Source of the DNA: Robiginitomaculum sp.
GTDB taxonomy: Bacteria; Pseudomonadota; Alphaproteobacteria; Caulobacterales; Maricaulaceae
Length of the DNA stretch: 63,791 nt
Direction of reading: 5' to 3'
Assembly (NCBI GenBank): GCA_027071965.1
Contig: JALSYJ010000049.1
Location: 1-63,791, forward strand
A program made the translations under genes and the position numbers. Position 1 is the first letter of the stretch, and each line of letters begins with the position of its first letter. The notes beneath the pieces were generated by a model. The model saw nothing but the letters and a program-made list of their open reading frames with translations. It searched no databases and was not told the origin of the DNA. Shown here one piece after another: positions 9,267 through 20,100 of the stretch.

Positions 9267-10588
9267 GTTACGCGACCTACCCGGTTATGAAGGATAGCGG
9301 CGTGCCTTGGCTGGGGCAGGTTCCTGTGGGGTGGGAGGTAAAGCGATCGCGATTTGTGCTGACGACAAATCCTCCTGCTTCAAAATTTTCACCTCCCCCT
9401 GACCTACCAGTGTCCTTTGTGGTCATGGATGCTGTAGGGGAATATGGAGGATTGCGCTTAGATGTTGATAAGCCAGTGAGCGAGATAGGAAGTGGTTATA
9501 CTCCTTTTTCCAATAATGATGTGGTTGTCGCAAAAATAACGCCATGTTTTGAAAACGGAAAAGGAGCACTTGCAGACAATCTCACAAATGGCATGGCCTA
9601 CGGCACTACAGAACTTCACGTTCTGAGATCATCTGAAGGGCTGTTTCCGCAATTCCTATTTTATCTCACTATCACCTATCCATTTCGCAAGATTGGTGAG
9701 TCAAATATGTATGGGGCTGGAGGACAAAAACGAATTTCAGAAGGTTTTATAAAAGATTTCAAAACTGCTTTTCCACCCATAGCTGAGCAAGAAGCCATTG
9801 CCGAATATCTTGATAAAAAAACCGGACAGATTGATAAGCTGATTGCCAAAAAACAGGCTTTGCTGAAATTGCTGGCCGAGCAACGCACCGCCCTCATCAC
9901 CCACGCCGTCACCAAAGGCCTCAACCCCGCCGCCCCCATGAAAGACAGCGGCATAGAATGGCTGGGAGAAGTGCCTAAGGAGTGGAATGTGAAGCGCGTT
10001 AGCCATGTCACGAATTTTAGAGGGGGATCAACTCCCTCAAAAAACAATGATGATTTTTGGATTGGCGGTTCTACTCCTTGGGTATCGCCAAAAGATATGA
10101 AGTGCAAAGAAATTTATGAAACTAAAGACCATCTAACAGACTTAGGGGTCTCGGAAAGTTCAAGTGGAATAATTGATCCGGGCCAAGTTCTCATGGTTGT
10201 TCGTTCCGGAATACTCAGACACTCAATACCTGTTGCAATCAATAGAGTACCTGTCACAGTCAATCAAGATATGAGGGTTTTTAAACCATCTAATAAACTT
10301 CTGCCTGACTACATCTACTGGTTTATTGAAGGGCTTCAAAAAACTTTAATCGAATTTTGGACCAAACCTGGAACAACCGTTGAGTCGTTAGAATCTGAAT
10401 ATGTAAGTTCATCAAAAATACTACTTCCAAGCATCGTAGAACAAAAAGCCATCACCGCTTTTCTCGATAAAAAAACTGCTGAGATTGATGCCATCAAATC
10501 CAAGACCGAACAAGCCATTGAGCGCCTGAAAGAATACCGCACCGCCCTGATCACCAATGCGGTAACCGGTAAAATAAAGGTAGGCTGA
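9263..10588 (+). CDS. hsdS: Type I R-M specificity subunit S (two target-recognition domains)
   Basis: Central and C-terminal conserved helices (LIAKKQALLKLLAEQRTALITHAVTKGLNP and AIERLKEYRTALITNAVTGKIKV) separate two variable domains. It is positioned between hsdM and hsdR. Confidence 0.9.
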   Translation: MSYATYPVMKDSGVPWLGQVPVGWEVKRSRFVLTTNPPASKFSPPPDLPVSFVVMDAVGEYGGLRLDVDKPVSEIGSGYTPFSNNDVVVAKITPCFENGKGALADNLTNGMAYGTTELHVLRSSEGLFPQFLFYLTITYPFRKIGESNMYGAGGQKRISEGFIKDFKTAFPPIAEQEAIAEYLDKKTGQIDKLIAKKQALLKLLAEQRTALITHAVTKGLNPAAPMKDSGIEWLGEVPKEWNVKRVSHVTNFRGGSTPSKNNDDFWIGGSTPWVSPKDMKCKEIYETKDHLTDLGVSESSSGIIDPGQVLMVVRSGILRHSIPVAINRVPVTVNQDMRVFKPSNKLLPDYIYWFIEGLQKTLIEFWTKPGTTVESLESEYVSSSKILLPSIVEQKAITAFLDKKTAEIDAIKSKTEQAIERLKEYRTALITNAVTGKIKVG

Positions 10589-10589
10589 A

Positions 10590-11444
10590 ATGACAACCAG
10601 AGGAAATCCTTGGGATGACCCAAACTGGAAACCGCTCAAACGAGAAGCGACATTGATTCGTCAACTTCTTGGTTCCGGCGTGACTTCAATTGGCAAGGCT
10701 AGTTATGCCGATGGACTGGGAAACTATTATAATGCATTTTTTGGCTTGAGCATTGGGCTGGAACGGTTGGCGAAGTTGATTTGCGTATGCGATCACGCGA
10801 TTAGCCATAAGGGAAAATTCCCATCTCCAAAAATATTAAAAACACAATATGGACATGATATTCCAAAATTGTTTGATGCGATTGAAGCAATCACAGAAAA
10901 GCATAAATTAAAACTCAGTCATGGCCGCCCTGCTGGAATAATTGAAAGAGGAATTGTGTCCCGTTTATCTTCTTTCGCAAATGCTGCGGAGGGTCGATAC
11001 AATAATTTCGACATTCTGGATAATTCCAAAACAAGAATACAATTTGAGCCATTACAAAAATGGTGGGATGAAGTCGCTGAACCTATTTTATCAAAGCACT
11101 ATATTGGAAAACCAATTCAAATTCGAAAAGAAGCCAAGGCGAGAACCATTGTAGCGATGATGGGTGGAAATGCTTCAGTCCTATATTTTAATGAACGAGG
11201 TGATTTAATGAATACCTTATATGCGGCATCTCTACACACAGGACAAACCGAAATTGTGCAGAAATTTTCAAGATTTTATACACTTACTGTCATACGCTGG
11301 CTTGCCGATGTTTTCTATGAAATATCTAACAAGGCTTGTTACGAAAAAGAACTGGACAGCTTTTTTGGGCACTATGAATTTTTCAGTTGTTACAGAGTAG
11401 ATGACAGTTTTCTAAAAACCCGTAAGGTATGGCCATTGCCGTAA
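10590..11444 (+). CDS. Hypothetical 284-aa protein embedded in the type I R-M operon
   Basis: The ATG is 1 nt after the hsdS stop, and the stop is 4 nt before the hsdR start. I recognise no family. Motifs seen are GLSIGLERLAKLI and QYGHDIPKLF. Confidence 0.7.
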   Translation: MTTRGNPWDDPNWKPLKREATLIRQLLGSGVTSIGKASYADGLGNYYNAFFGLSIGLERLAKLICVCDHAISHKGKFPSPKILKTQYGHDIPKLFDAIEAITEKHKLKLSHGRPAGIIERGIVSRLSSFANAAEGRYNNFDILDNSKTRIQFEPLQKWWDEVAEPILSKHYIGKPIQIRKEAKARTIVAMMGGNASVLYFNERGDLMNTLYAASLHTGQTEIVQKFSRFYTLTVIRWLADVFYEISNKACYEKELDSFFGHYEFFSCYRVDDSFLKTRKVWPLP

Positions 11445-11448
11445 TAAA

Positions 11449-14400
11449 ATGAACACACACAAAGAAATCAAGTTTGAAGACGCCATTGAACACAGCCTGA
11501 GCAAAGAGGGTGGCGGTGGCTATGAGGTGGGTGACCCCAAGACTTTTGATGCTGAACGCGGGTTGTTCCCGTCTGAGGTGGTGGACTTCATAAAACGCAG
11601 CCAGCCCAAGCGCTGGCAGGCGCTGGTTGATTTTCATGGGGAACGGGCCGAGGCGACCTTGCTGGATGCTTTGGGCAAAGAGCTGGCGGCCAAGGGCAGT
11701 TTGCATGTGTTGCGCCATGGCTTCAAATGCTTTGGCAAGACATTCCGGCTGGCCTATTTTCTGCCCAATAGCGGTTTGAACCCGGATGCTTGGGCGGATT
11801 ATGAGAAAAACCGGCTGACGGTAACGCGCCAAGTTCATTTTGATCCCAAGGCCCCGGCTGAATCGCTGGATATGGTTTTGGCAGTCAATGGCTTGCCGGT
11901 GGTGACCATGGAGCTGAAAAACCAGTTTACCCACCAAACAGTGGAAGATTCAAAAAAACAATATCGCCATGATCGTGATCCGTGTTGCCCGATATTTATA
12001 TTCAAAGAACGAGCCTTGGTGCATTTTGCAGTGGATACCGATTTGGCTTTTATGACTACCAAACTGGCTGGGGCCAAGACATTTTTTCTGCCCTTCAACA
12101 AGGGGCAGGGTTTTGGCGGGGGCAATCCACCTTGCAAGGACAATTATCGCACCGCCTACCTTTGGGAAGAGGTGCTGACCAAAGATAGCCTAATGGATAT
12201 CCTTGCCCGGTTCATGCATTTGGAAATTGACGTAAAGCAGGTTCCGACCAAGCGCGGGATAAAAACCATCCCCAAGGAAACCATGATTTTCCCGCGCTAT
12301 CACCAATTGGACGCCGTGCGAAAACTGGTGACCGATGCACGAGCCAAGGGGCCAAGCCATAACTATTTGATCCAGCACTCGGCGGGTTCAGGCAAATCAA
12401 ACTCTATTGCGTGGCTGGCGCACCGGCTGGCCAGCTTGCATGATGAGCAAGACAATAAGGTATTCAGCACCATTGTGGTGATCACAGATCGCCGGGTGCT
12501 TGACCAGCAATTGCAGGACACCATCTATCAATTTGAGCACAAGGATGGGGTGGTTCAGAAAATTGATGAAAACACCCAGCAATTGGCCAAGGCGCTTTCC
12601 GGCGGCGTGCCGATTGTCATTACCACCATTCAAAAATTTCCATTCATTGCACAGGCATTGGATACGCTCGGCAAAAAGGGCGAAGGGGTTGATATAGATA
12701 CCAGCGGGCGCACCTTCGCGGTGATTGTTGATGAGGCGCATTCTTCGCAGAGCGGCGAAACCGCCATGGAATTGCGCAAAATTTTGAACCAAGAAGGCAT
12801 TGCCGCCACCATTGCCTCACAAATGATCGATGATGAGGAAGAAGCGCTTTCCGAAACGGCCCAAAAAGAGCTGTTCAAGGACATGCTGAAACGGCCAACC
12901 CAGCCCAATATCAGCTTTTTTGCTTTTACGGCCACGCCAAAATTCAAAACCTTGGCGGTGTTCAACGAGCCGGGGCCAAACAAGAAACCACCCTTTCATC
13001 ATTATTCCATGCGCCAAGCCATTGAAGAAGGCTTTATCATGGATGTGCTGCGCAATTACACCACCTACAAGGCCTATTACGGACTGGCCAAAGCGGTAGA
13101 GGATGACCCGGAAGTGCCGCGCAAAAAGGCGGCACGTCAGATGGCTCGGTTCATGAGCCTGCACCCGCACAATATTTCGCAAAAAGTTGAAGTGATTATT
13201 GAGCATTTTCGCCGCCACACCAGTCACAAGATCGGCGGGCGGGCCAAAGCCATGGTAGTCACCGGCTCGCGCTTGCACGCGGTGCGCTATAAACTGGCAT
13301 TTGATAAATACATCAAGGACAATGGCTATAAAGACATCAAGGCTTTGGTGGCATTTTCCGGCTCGGTCAAGGACCCGGATATACCGGGAACAGAATTTAC
13401 CGAAGTGGGAATGAATAACGGGATCAAGGAATCCCAACTGCCTGAAAAATTTAATAGTGAAGAATATCAGGTTTTGTTGGTGGCGGAAAAATATCAAACC
13501 GGGTTCGATCAACCCCTACTGCACACCATGTATGTGGATCGGCGCTTGTCGGGCATACAGGCCGTGCAAACGCTCTCGCGGCTCAACCGGCGTGCACCGG
13601 GCAAAGAGGATACATTTGTGCTCGATTTTGTGAATGAGCGCGACGAGATTTTTCAATCTTTCAAGGATTATTACGAGTTTACCGAGCTTGGCGATGCGCC
13701 GGATGCGCACCAACTTTACCAACTGCAACATGAAATTGAGGAATGGCGGGTTTTCACGAGTGAAGAGGTCAATGCAGTTTGTGAAATATGGTTCAAGAGC
13801 CGCAAAGAACCGACGCCCTCTGATCACCAGCTATTAAATGCCACGGTTGATTTGGCGGTTGAGCGTTTTGAGGCCTTGGAAAGTGAAGATCGAGAACTTT
13901 TCCGGGGCAAGGTGACCAGCTTTCGCAATCTCTACACTTTCCTTTCTCAAATTATTCCCTATCAGGATTCCGGTCAGGAAAAACTTTATACCTATTTGCG
14001 GCTGATGCTGCCCAAATTGCCCCGGCGAGCCGATGACAATCCGTATGAGCTTGGCGATGAAGTTGATCTTCAATTCTATCGACTGCAAAAAATTAGCGAA
14101 GGCTCCATTGATCTTGGCTCAGGCGAAGCCGATCCTTTGAAAGGGCCGACTGAAGTTGGTTCTAAAACGGCTACGGATGAAGAGGTTCAGCTAAGTTTGC
14201 TGGTGGACAAGCTGAATGAGCGGTTCGGGACAGATTTTGATAAAGCCGATGAGTTGTTTTTTGATCAGGTGGTGGAATCTGCGACCGGAAAGGACAAACT
14301 ATTGGAGGCCGCGAAAGCCAATACCTTTGAAAATTTCAATCTGGTCTTTGGTAAAATGCTCGAAGGGCTCTTCATTGAGCGAATGGAAGGCAATGAAGAA

Positions 14401-14502
14401 ATTTTTGCCAAGGTCATGAATGATGATGCCTTCCGTAAAGCGGCGGCGGATCATTTGGGCCGAACCACTTATCAAAAATTGCGCTCAGACGACGAGAGTT
14501 AA
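11449..14502 (+). CDS. hsdR: Type I restriction endonuclease subunit R
   Basis: The N-terminal nuclease region precedes SF2 helicase motifs: LIQHSAGSGKSNS (Walker A), VIVDEAHSSQSG (DEAH) and AEKYQTGFDQPLL. Its size (1017 aa) and operon context fit HsdR. Confidence 0.9.
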   Translation: MNTHKEIKFEDAIEHSLSKEGGGGYEVGDPKTFDAERGLFPSEVVDFIKRSQPKRWQALVDFHGERAEATLLDALGKELAAKGSLHVLRHGFKCFGKTFRLAYFLPNSGLNPDAWADYEKNRLTVTRQVHFDPKAPAESLDMVLAVNGLPVVTMELKNQFTHQTVEDSKKQYRHDRDPCCPIFIFKERALVHFAVDTDLAFMTTKLAGAKTFFLPFNKGQGFGGGNPPCKDNYRTAYLWEEVLTKDSLMDILARFMHLEIDVKQVPTKRGIKTIPKETMIFPRYHQLDAVRKLVTDARAKGPSHNYLIQHSAGSGKSNSIAWLAHRLASLHDEQDNKVFSTIVVITDRRVLDQQLQDTIYQFEHKDGVVQKIDENTQQLAKALSGGVPIVITTIQKFPFIAQALDTLGKKGEGVDIDTSGRTFAVIVDEAHSSQSGETAMELRKILNQEGIAATIASQMIDDEEEALSETAQKELFKDMLKRPTQPNISFFAFTATPKFKTLAVFNEPGPNKKPPFHHYSMRQAIEEGFIMDVLRNYTTYKAYYGLAKAVEDDPEVPRKKAARQMARFMSLHPHNISQKVEVIIEHFRRHTSHKIGGRAKAMVVTGSRLHAVRYKLAFDKYIKDNGYKDIKALVAFSGSVKDPDIPGTEFTEVGMNNGIKESQLPEKFNSEEYQVLLVAEKYQTGFDQPLLHTMYVDRRLSGIQAVQTLSRLNRRAPGKEDTFVLDFVNERDEIFQSFKDYYEFTELGDAPDAHQLYQLQHEIEEWRVFTSEEVNAVCEIWFKSRKEPTPSDHQLLNATVDLAVERFEALESEDRELFRGKVTSFRNLYTFLSQIIPYQDSGQEKLYTYLRLMLPKLPRRADDNPYELGDEVDLQFYRLQKISEGSIDLGSGEADPLKGPTEVGSKTATDEEVQLSLLVDKLNERFGTDFDKADELFFDQVVESATGKDKLLEAAKANTFENFNLVFGKMLEGLFIERMEGNEEIFAKVMNDDAFRKAAADHLGRTTYQKLRSDDES

Positions 14503-14558
14503 ACCCGACTCGACTCTTTCCCCCAAATTCGTATCGTTGAGGTCTAATCCCCTTCAAC

Positions 14559-16258
14559 ATGAAGCTGGCCATAGCCCTCTTGCGTGTATCGACGGACAAA
14601 CAGTTTCATCATGGCGATTCATTAGATACCCAAAAGACACGGGTGGACCAAGCCGCTGAGCGCGATGGCGCGTCTATTATAAGCTATTTCACGGAGCACT
14701 ATTCCGGACGGAAAACCAACCGGGTCGTCATTGAAGACATGCTGGCCTTTCTGGACGAACACGCGGGTGAAATTCAGGTGGTCTATATCGTCCAGATCGA
14801 CCGTTTCACGCGGGCCGGTAGTGAGATGTATCTCTACTTGAAACGGCAATTGCACAAACGTGGTGTCGATCTACGCGATGCTATGGGGATCATTCAAAAA
14901 TCAATTAATACGCTAGAGCATGTGGGCTTTGAGTATGATTGGTCCGTACCTCTCCCAGCCAGACGGCGGAGGTCATGCAGGCCGAATATGCCAATCAGGA
15001 GGTCAATCAGATTTTGACCCGAACCATTGGGCAGCAAATCAAACTGGCCCAAGAGGGGTATCAAACCAGAAGCGCCGAGATGGGCTTTCGGAATGTCAAA
15101 ATCACTCGGCAAAACGGGCGCAAGGCCACCGTCATGGAGCCGCTGGAGCCGGAAGCCAGTTGGATACGGGCCATATTTGAATTACGCGCCGCTGGAGCGC
15201 TTTCTGATGAAGCCATCTGCGATAAAATCAACGCCATGGGCTATAAAAGCCGGATTATGCACCGCCGGGATAAGAACACCGGTGAAGTTATCGCCATAAC
15301 CGGGGCTAAACCGCTGACGCCCAAACAATTGCAACGCTTGGTCGCCAAACCAATTTATTGCGGCGTTCGGGTGGGTAAATGGACCCATGGCCAGCCGGTA
15401 AAGGCCCCCTTTGATGGCTTGGTATCCATATCGCTTTTCAATCGAGCCAATCATGGGGCGGTGGTTATTTCGGGTTCAAAAGGGGGTGATCTAAGCATTG
15501 AATACGGGCAATCACGTAAACACGCTACGCACCTCAATAACCCGGACTTTTTATTGCGGCATGTGGTGATGTGCCCAAAATGTGGAAAACCTTTTTGGGC
15601 TTCCAAGTCGCGGGGCAAGAGCGGCCAGTACTTTGGCTACTTCCATTGCGCCCGTTCGCACAAATCTGTCAGCATATCCCAATCAGAGTTCCAAGAGACA
15701 ATTGGCTGTTATCTCGACAAGCTGGAAGCCAAGCCGGGTTTTTTGGGCCTATTCAAAGAGGTAGTACGAGAAACTTGGGTTGCCAAAAACAAGAGCCGCC
15801 AAGAAGAATTTGAAGCCATCGATAAGCACATCAAAACACTGGAATTGCGTCAGGAAAATATTCTGGATCGCATCACCGTTTCTGGTTCAACCTTGGTCCA
15901 GAAAAAGCTTGAACAAGAGATTGAGGAACTTGAAGGCACGATCAAATCCGCCAAAAAAGAACGCTCCGGGGTAGCTCTGGTTGAAGACCAAATCGAGCAG
16001 TATTTTCAGCGAGCAAAATTCAGACTGGAACACCCCAAAGATTATGGACTAGCTGCCAGTACAAAGGGCGAAACTGTCAAAACTTGGCAAACAATTTTCG
16101 CTCACCCGCCGACCTTTGATGATTTGAAGTCTGGAACACCTCAGTTGACGCTCCTATACCGGCTTAACCACCACATTGGTTGTGACAAAAAACAGATGGC
16201 TGCGCACCTGTCCGCAAACTGGAACACCTTTGTGGAGGAAGTTTCGTTATTTTTATAG
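14559..16258 (+). pseudogene. Large serine recombinase interrupted by a frameshift near 14940-14955
   Basis: The resolvase catalytic domain (LLRVSTDKQ...VVYIVQIDRFTRAG) is in frame 14559-15017. The alpha-E helix, recombinase domain and zinc ribbon (CPKCGKPFW...FHCARSH) continue in the overlapping frame 14939-16258. A single-base indel would join them. Confidence 0.75.
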
Positions 16259-16309
16259 AGGTAAGAATGCAGCTGATACGACATAATTGGCAATGCCGCA
16301 TGTGTCATT

Positions 16310-16666
16310 TTATAAAATTGCCCCAATAAAGAAAACATATTCCGTTGGTGATTTTTCTTCTAATGTAACGCCTTGAAACGGAGCGAACCCCATTATTGTA
16401 TGCACACCTCTTACATCGGAATATCCACTCGATTCCAAAAATTTTTTTAACTCAATTGAAAACTCCATTAGTTCACTCCCACTCCCACCTTGAAGTGATA
16501 CATGGATAACAATACCCGATTTGTTATTTAGTTTTTCTGTAATAAAAGTTTTATCATTTTCAGATAATATCACTTTCCGTTTTTTGAATATATTTACTAT
16601 ACCAGCGGTAATGCCGCCCTGTTGATTTTCAGAACTAACATTAATCGTATTATTTGAATTTTTCAT
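16310..16666 (-). CDS. Hypothetical protein (118 aa)
   Basis: Isolated ORF in AT-rich DNA downstream of the DUF3892-like gene. No family recognised. Confidence 0.45.
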   Translation of the reverse strand: MKNSNNTINVSSENQQGGITAGIVNIFKKRKVILSENDKTFITEKLNNKSGIVIHVSLQGGSGSELMEFSIELKKFLESSGYSDVRGVHTIMGFAPFQGVTLEEKSPTEYVFFIGAIL

Positions 16667-16729
16667 TGAATGCAGTTACCTCAATAGCGATATTATATCA
16701 AACACCAACATACATCAAAAAAAGTAAAC

Positions 16730-16942
16730 TCACTTGTTTCTATTAACGTTGTCTGATTTTGAGTGGTCTGGATTATCCCGTACATATTTTTGTCTATTTA
16801 TTTTTACGATGTGGGCATCAGGATGTTTACCCGCTTCTACTTCTTTAACAGCGTCTTCGCGTTTAACATTTTTCCGAGCCCCGATCTTGTAGGTCTCATT
16901 TCTGCCGCCGGGCCCGTCGTTGTTTCCAATGATTTTAGTCAT
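16730..16942 (-). CDS. Small protein, possibly DUF3892-like
   Basis: 70 aa. The segment EVEAGKHPDAHIVKINRQKYVRDNPDHSKSDNV resembles the DUF3892 pattern (yvRt.pD....DNL). This is a weak by-eye assignment. Confidence 0.4.
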   Translation of the reverse strand: MTKIIGNNDGPGGRNETYKIGARKNVKREDAVKEVEAGKHPDAHIVKINRQKYVRDNPDHSKSDNVNRNK

Positions 16943-17145
16943 GAGGATCCCCCCTAAAAAATTCTATGCGGTTTGAGTTTAACATATTTGGCGTTCTATT
17001 CCCCATGCTTTTTATTAAATCTTTGAAGCCGGACTCTGTCATGCGTATTACCTGAAGTTCCATCAGTTTTGTATTTTTCGAGATTACGGAATCGCATGGA
17101 CCAATTATAGCACCTATTCCCCGTGTATCTGAGAATATAAAAAAC

Positions 17146-20100
17146 TTAGTAAGGAATTCTACTTTGCACTATTGCTTCCGTATCGTAATTTTTCGCCTCC
17201 GAGAGATACCGATCCGCCATCTGATTCAATACGCCTGAAACCACTGGATGGGTGCTCCGAAGTTTGGTCGCCCAATCCCGATATTGCTTTTCCAGAACAC
17301 GTTCTTGGTCTCCACCTTCGCCACGGCACACTACGCCCCTTTGATTATACTTTCCCACCCTAAATCCTTCAATCATTGAATCGGTAGCTAACTCTTCAAG
17401 TGCATCTCTAACTGGTTCGCAAGGCCATACACCATCTTCTCCTACGGGGGCCTTGGACAACAAGTGTCCGATTTCACTGTCGCCGGGTTTACTCCTTGCC
17501 AGTTCCCGACAGCTCTGGCGAACGTCCTTGATCCATTTGATTAGATATTTCGTCTGATCGTCACCTTTCTCATGACTCCCAGGAATTGTTTTAAGTCGAT
17601 TAAAAAAATGAAACATCAATGACGCATAATCCTGAGCGATTTTGTCATCAACATTGAGCCAATCAGGATCAACACCGTCATCTGAGCGCCTATAACTGTA
17701 AGCAACGGCCTCGACAAACTGTGCTGGATTATCAACAATCTCATTTTCAAGATTTGGTATGCCATAATCAGAATTTTCTAACACCCGCAAGTAGCGAAAC
17801 TCTAGCTGAGCCAAATCCTTTTTTGAAATATTGCTGTCTGCGTCTAGCAGCTTGAAAGCTTCACTAATGTGGTATTGTCTCATTTGGTTCACATCTTGGC
17901 TGTCCTCCTTACTCTTAGTTAAGGTGTCCAGTATTTGGAATATTTTTCGCGGCTGTATATGCTCCATCCTTGATCCGGCCAAGTTGAGTGCCGCTAGAGG
18001 ACGGCTATGATCCAACAAGTGGCGTACCGCTTGAGCTACATGATCTTCATGAGCCCAACCAGCTGTTACGTTTTCCCAGTACGCACTGTTTCTAGCAGGG
18101 GTAGATTCTGCTTTCGACCATGTGATCGGAGCAAATGGCGCAAGTCGTAAAAAACGATCAAATTGTTGAGCTGTCAGCTCTTTCTCTGCGAGGTTTAGCA
18201 TCTCCTCCAAGGTTGCCTCTGAAACTGAGCACATAACTCCAATAATCAGGTTATCGTGGTCTTCGTCAGAGAGTGAATTTTCTTCACCAATATCTTGGAT
18301 AAATGCAATTGATTTTGATGGACTACCTAATGCTTTAACCATCAATTGTCCGATCAAGGTCTTAGCACCGGCGATTTTTGTTAGATGAAAGATTCCCTTT
18401 TTGCCTAATTTTTGGAAAATCAGCTTTAGAGCTTCTACTCTCTGTTTTTCCACTAGTGCTTGTCGTGCATTGTAATCATCTTCCTCACTATCTGAATCAT
18501 ATATGGTTTCAAGGAGCCAGAAATCGCGAAATAGCCATTCGTGCTCCCAAACCAAATCATCAGGTTTTAGGCAGTTATAAACCGCCTTCACTTCTGCCGG
18601 GTCAAATGGGTAGTTATTATCACCCTTGGCTCGCAGAGTGGCCCGGCGTGAATATGCCGTTACGCGTACTTTTTCTCGTAGTATGGACTTTTCTTCGTTG
18701 GTGGCTTTTTCCGCCCAAGCTTTAATCTTATCCCAAATGCGAGCTTGGTACTCATTTGGTAAACCATCAGTTTGCTCAATTAGCGCGGATAAATGTTTCA
18801 GCCCGTACTTTTTCCAATTAAGGCAAGCCTCCAAACAATGAACAACAAATAATCTACGCTCTTCATAACTCACGGGCTCTCCATGCCCGTAGCCATAATC
18901 TCTCCACTTTGGTTTTTCACTATAATGTCCCATTCTGGACATGTTATTGAATTGCTCCACAGCTATTTCCCAAGCCACTTCTGGGAACTTTTTCGTAAGA
19001 TAATCAAAGGCTTTCTTTCTTTGTTCCAAGTCAGCAGATGTTTGCGGCATCCAAGCACGGAAAATAGCCATAAGCGAATTTATGGGTTTATTGGCTAAAT
19101 TGTCCTCTAGCTTTTTACCGCTCAGTGTCGCCAATACGTTTACCGTGCGTAGAAAATATTTTTCTGACCACGCCAACTTTTCGAGCGCCCAAAGCAAGCC
19201 AGTTCGAGCATGGTGCCCGCCAAAAATCCCCGTATCTTCCGGTTTAATGACCTGTAAGCAAGCTGATTTTTGACCGGATTTTAGATCGTCTTCCAGAATC
19301 GACAAAAAGGTATCGGGCGCTATTTCAGCATAATGAGGTAGGTCGGAGTTGTGGGCTTCCAGCACTCTGACGGTCAGTGGAAATATCAAGCTGCGAACAA
19401 GGTTATTTGCTTTGGCCTCAATATCTATCCCTGTTCGTTGCTGAAAGAGATTGTTCCCATGCACTGCCAAGAGCACAGCCATTTCAGCCAGCGCCTTACG
19501 TAGGCCGCCAGATATTTCGCGTGTTTTGCCATACATACTCGCTGCCCATTGATCTTCTTTAGGAAGGTCAAGGGATGGATCATCCTCCGAGAGTACCAAT
19601 TCACAACAGTCAAAAAAACGGTTTAGGTCTTGCGCTGTTATCGAAGAAGCAATGGCGTATAACGAATCAATTTTTGATATGACACCTCGATATTGTCCAA
19701 CAGACCAGACTGGCGCATCATCAAGCATCAAAAGTTGATTTAGAGACTGTTCGATCTCGGCATAATTGGTGGTGTCTGCAAGGCAGGCAACAATCGCTTG
19801 ATCAGAAGTGTTTTTGGCACTCCAAGTTCCCGCCAGCGCTATTTTGCCCAGAGACCGTGCAAGTGATGCATTAGTAGTCCATTCCGGGCGCTTTACCGCC
19901 TCAAGCTGCGATAACCGTCTGCGAAGGACCGTTAAGGAGCGGCCAGATTCCAAAGATAAACGATCTATATAATCCCGGTTGCACCCCATTTTCTCTAGTG
20001 CACTCCGAAACGCTTCGCACCCTAGCGGGTCAAGCGAAATGTCAGCATCTCGAGGGAAAGCATTCCTAGGGTATACGATGATGGATTTTAGGTGCTTGGA

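Noticed and set aside
12817-13512. Long antisense ORFs inside hsdR, and similar ones inside hsdM and polA (for example 7503-8027, 11383-11937 and 59987-60628)
   Set aside because: They are shadow ORFs opposite clearly conserved genes. Their translations are low-complexity with no motifs.
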